DNA from: a virus
Lineage: Duplodnaviria > Heunggongvirae > Uroviricota > Caudoviricetes
Direction: 5' to 3' (one strand)
Virus record (IMG/VR): IMGVR_UViG_3300028832_000001
Coordinates: 164,007-228,006 of that record
Length of the DNA: 64,000 nt
Below the pieces are notes generated by a model. That model searched no databases and was not told the origin of the DNA. It saw only the letters and a list, made by a program, of their open reading frames with translations. A program made the position numbers and the translations under genes. Positions within the stretch are counted from its first letter, which is position 1; every line of letters starts with the position of its first letter. This document shows positions 63,306 through 64,000 of the stretch, piece by piece.

Positions 63306-63470
63306 TTATTTAAAAATTAGTGTTATGATTAATGCAATTACACAAAAAACTGGACTTATCTTCATACAAAGTTCACAATCTTTCTGTGCTGGTCCGTCTA
63401 ATCCAGAAATTCCCCAAATAAAAAGTAATATCGAGGTCATTATTAAAGAAAAATTAATTAAAAATAACAT
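63306..63470 (-). CDS. small two-TM protein (54 aa)
   Basis: Hand translation MLFLINFSLIMTSILLFIWGISGLDG...VFCVIALIITLIFK. Confidence 0.6.
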   Translation of the reverse strand: MLFLINFSLIMTSILLFIWGISGLDGPAQKDCELCMKISPVFCVIALIITLIFK

Positions 63471-63482
63471 TGTTTATTATCC

Positions 63483-63680
63483 TTAAACATATCCATAAAT
63501 TTTTATTGCTCGATTACCTTTCCAGTCCAGAGTATCGTCATAGCAATCTATATTTAGGTCATCGGTAAAATAATTCTGACCAGTAGCTATATGATATTCT
63601 TTAGGGCAGGATAATACTTCAATATCACCGTGTTTTTCTTGATACTCTTGTAAAATCTTTATAAGTCTTGATACTTTCAT
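63483..63680 (-). CDS. hypothetical protein
   Basis: 65 aa; MKVSRLIKILQEYQEKHGDIEV type. Confidence 0.7.
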   Translation of the reverse strand: MKVSRLIKILQEYQEKHGDIEVLSCPKEYHIATGQNYFTDDLNIDCYDDTLDWKGNRAIKIYGYV

Positions 63681-64000
63681 TTCTTAGCTTCCTTTTGATT
63701 CATAGCACTTCTTACAGAACGTAGGACAGAATCATCATTGACTAGTTCTTTAAGAATCTTATGAAATTCCTTTTGATTATTAATTTTAACAACTTCTGAA
63801 TCTTCTGTTTTAAGCGATTGTACTAATACAGGATAAGTTTCTGCATAAGAAAGAACAGCAAACTTATTACGGACTGGAGAATTTATCTTTGTATTATTAT
63901 ATAAAAAGGTTAGATAATAATTTTCATCCATCATTTTGTCACCGAAATAATGTTCTGCTTCAAGTGTATGGAGTGGATGAAGAACTATACGTCCGACACC
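63677..64000 (-). CDS. hypothetical protein, 5' truncated by window edge
   Basis: Frame stays open from 63934 up to 64000 (GVGRIVLHPLHTLEAEHYFGDKMMDE...). Confidence 0.65.
   Translation of the reverse strand, partial: GVGRIVLHPLHTLEAEHYFGDKMMDENYYLTFLYNNTKINSPVRNKFAVLSYAETYPVLVQSLKTEDSEVVKINNQKEFHKILKELVNDDSVLRSVRSAMNQKEAKK

Noticed and set aside
61887-63680. Diversity-generating retroelement TR/VR pair
   Set aside because: Differences between the copies are not adenine-restricted and are largely synonymous; no reverse transcriptase in the window.
1-64000. Stop-codon reassignment, as in some large gut phages
   Set aside because: Conserved enzymes are full length in the standard code, and TAG (e.g. 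2871) and TGA (e.g. 5282) end genes at sensible, coupled junctions.
1-64000. tRNA or rRNA genes
   Set aside because: No T-loop GTTCRANYC cloverleaf seen in any intergenic gap; a tRNAscan-SE run would be decisive.

Overview
A 64-kb slice of a large, AT-rich, lytic-type phage genome with T4-like (TATAAATA) late promoters. It reads in the standard genetic code, with SD-type RBSs and canonical sigma70-type promoters. Most of it is a dense minus-strand run of early/middle accessory genes driven by about 20 TTKACA-N17-TATATT promoters, many built into the hairpin terminator of the preceding unit. These genes include a complete deamidating NAD+ salvage route (PncA, PncB, NadD-Nudix, NadE), a PARG-type macrodomain, RNA-repair enzymes (RNA ligase, phosphoesterase-kinase, Thg1), Fe-S/redox genes (SufE, two radical SAMs, an Fe-S flavoprotein), M16/M18 peptidases, DenV and a free-standing GIY-YIG endonuclease. 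Interspersed are terminator-TATAAATA-gene late cassettes. At least 9 of these genes encode unrelated, mostly acidic proteins sharing an ~18-20 aa leader (M-N-L-x-E-A-K-x-L-L-x-x-x-G-Y-x-L-I-K-E) that looks like a capsid-targeting/prohead-protease cleavage signal, and two of them carry a second internal copy. The right end holds a late-promoter-driven glycan locus (Glf, three DUF4422 transferases, Stealth, IspD/TarI-like, SDR, another GT). Several small early ORFs resemble fragments of portal, tail tube, RpoB and ArgRS. No tRNA, rRNA or CRISPR array was seen. All family assignments come from motif recognition by eye, not from database searches, and hand-derived coordinates may be off by a base or two.
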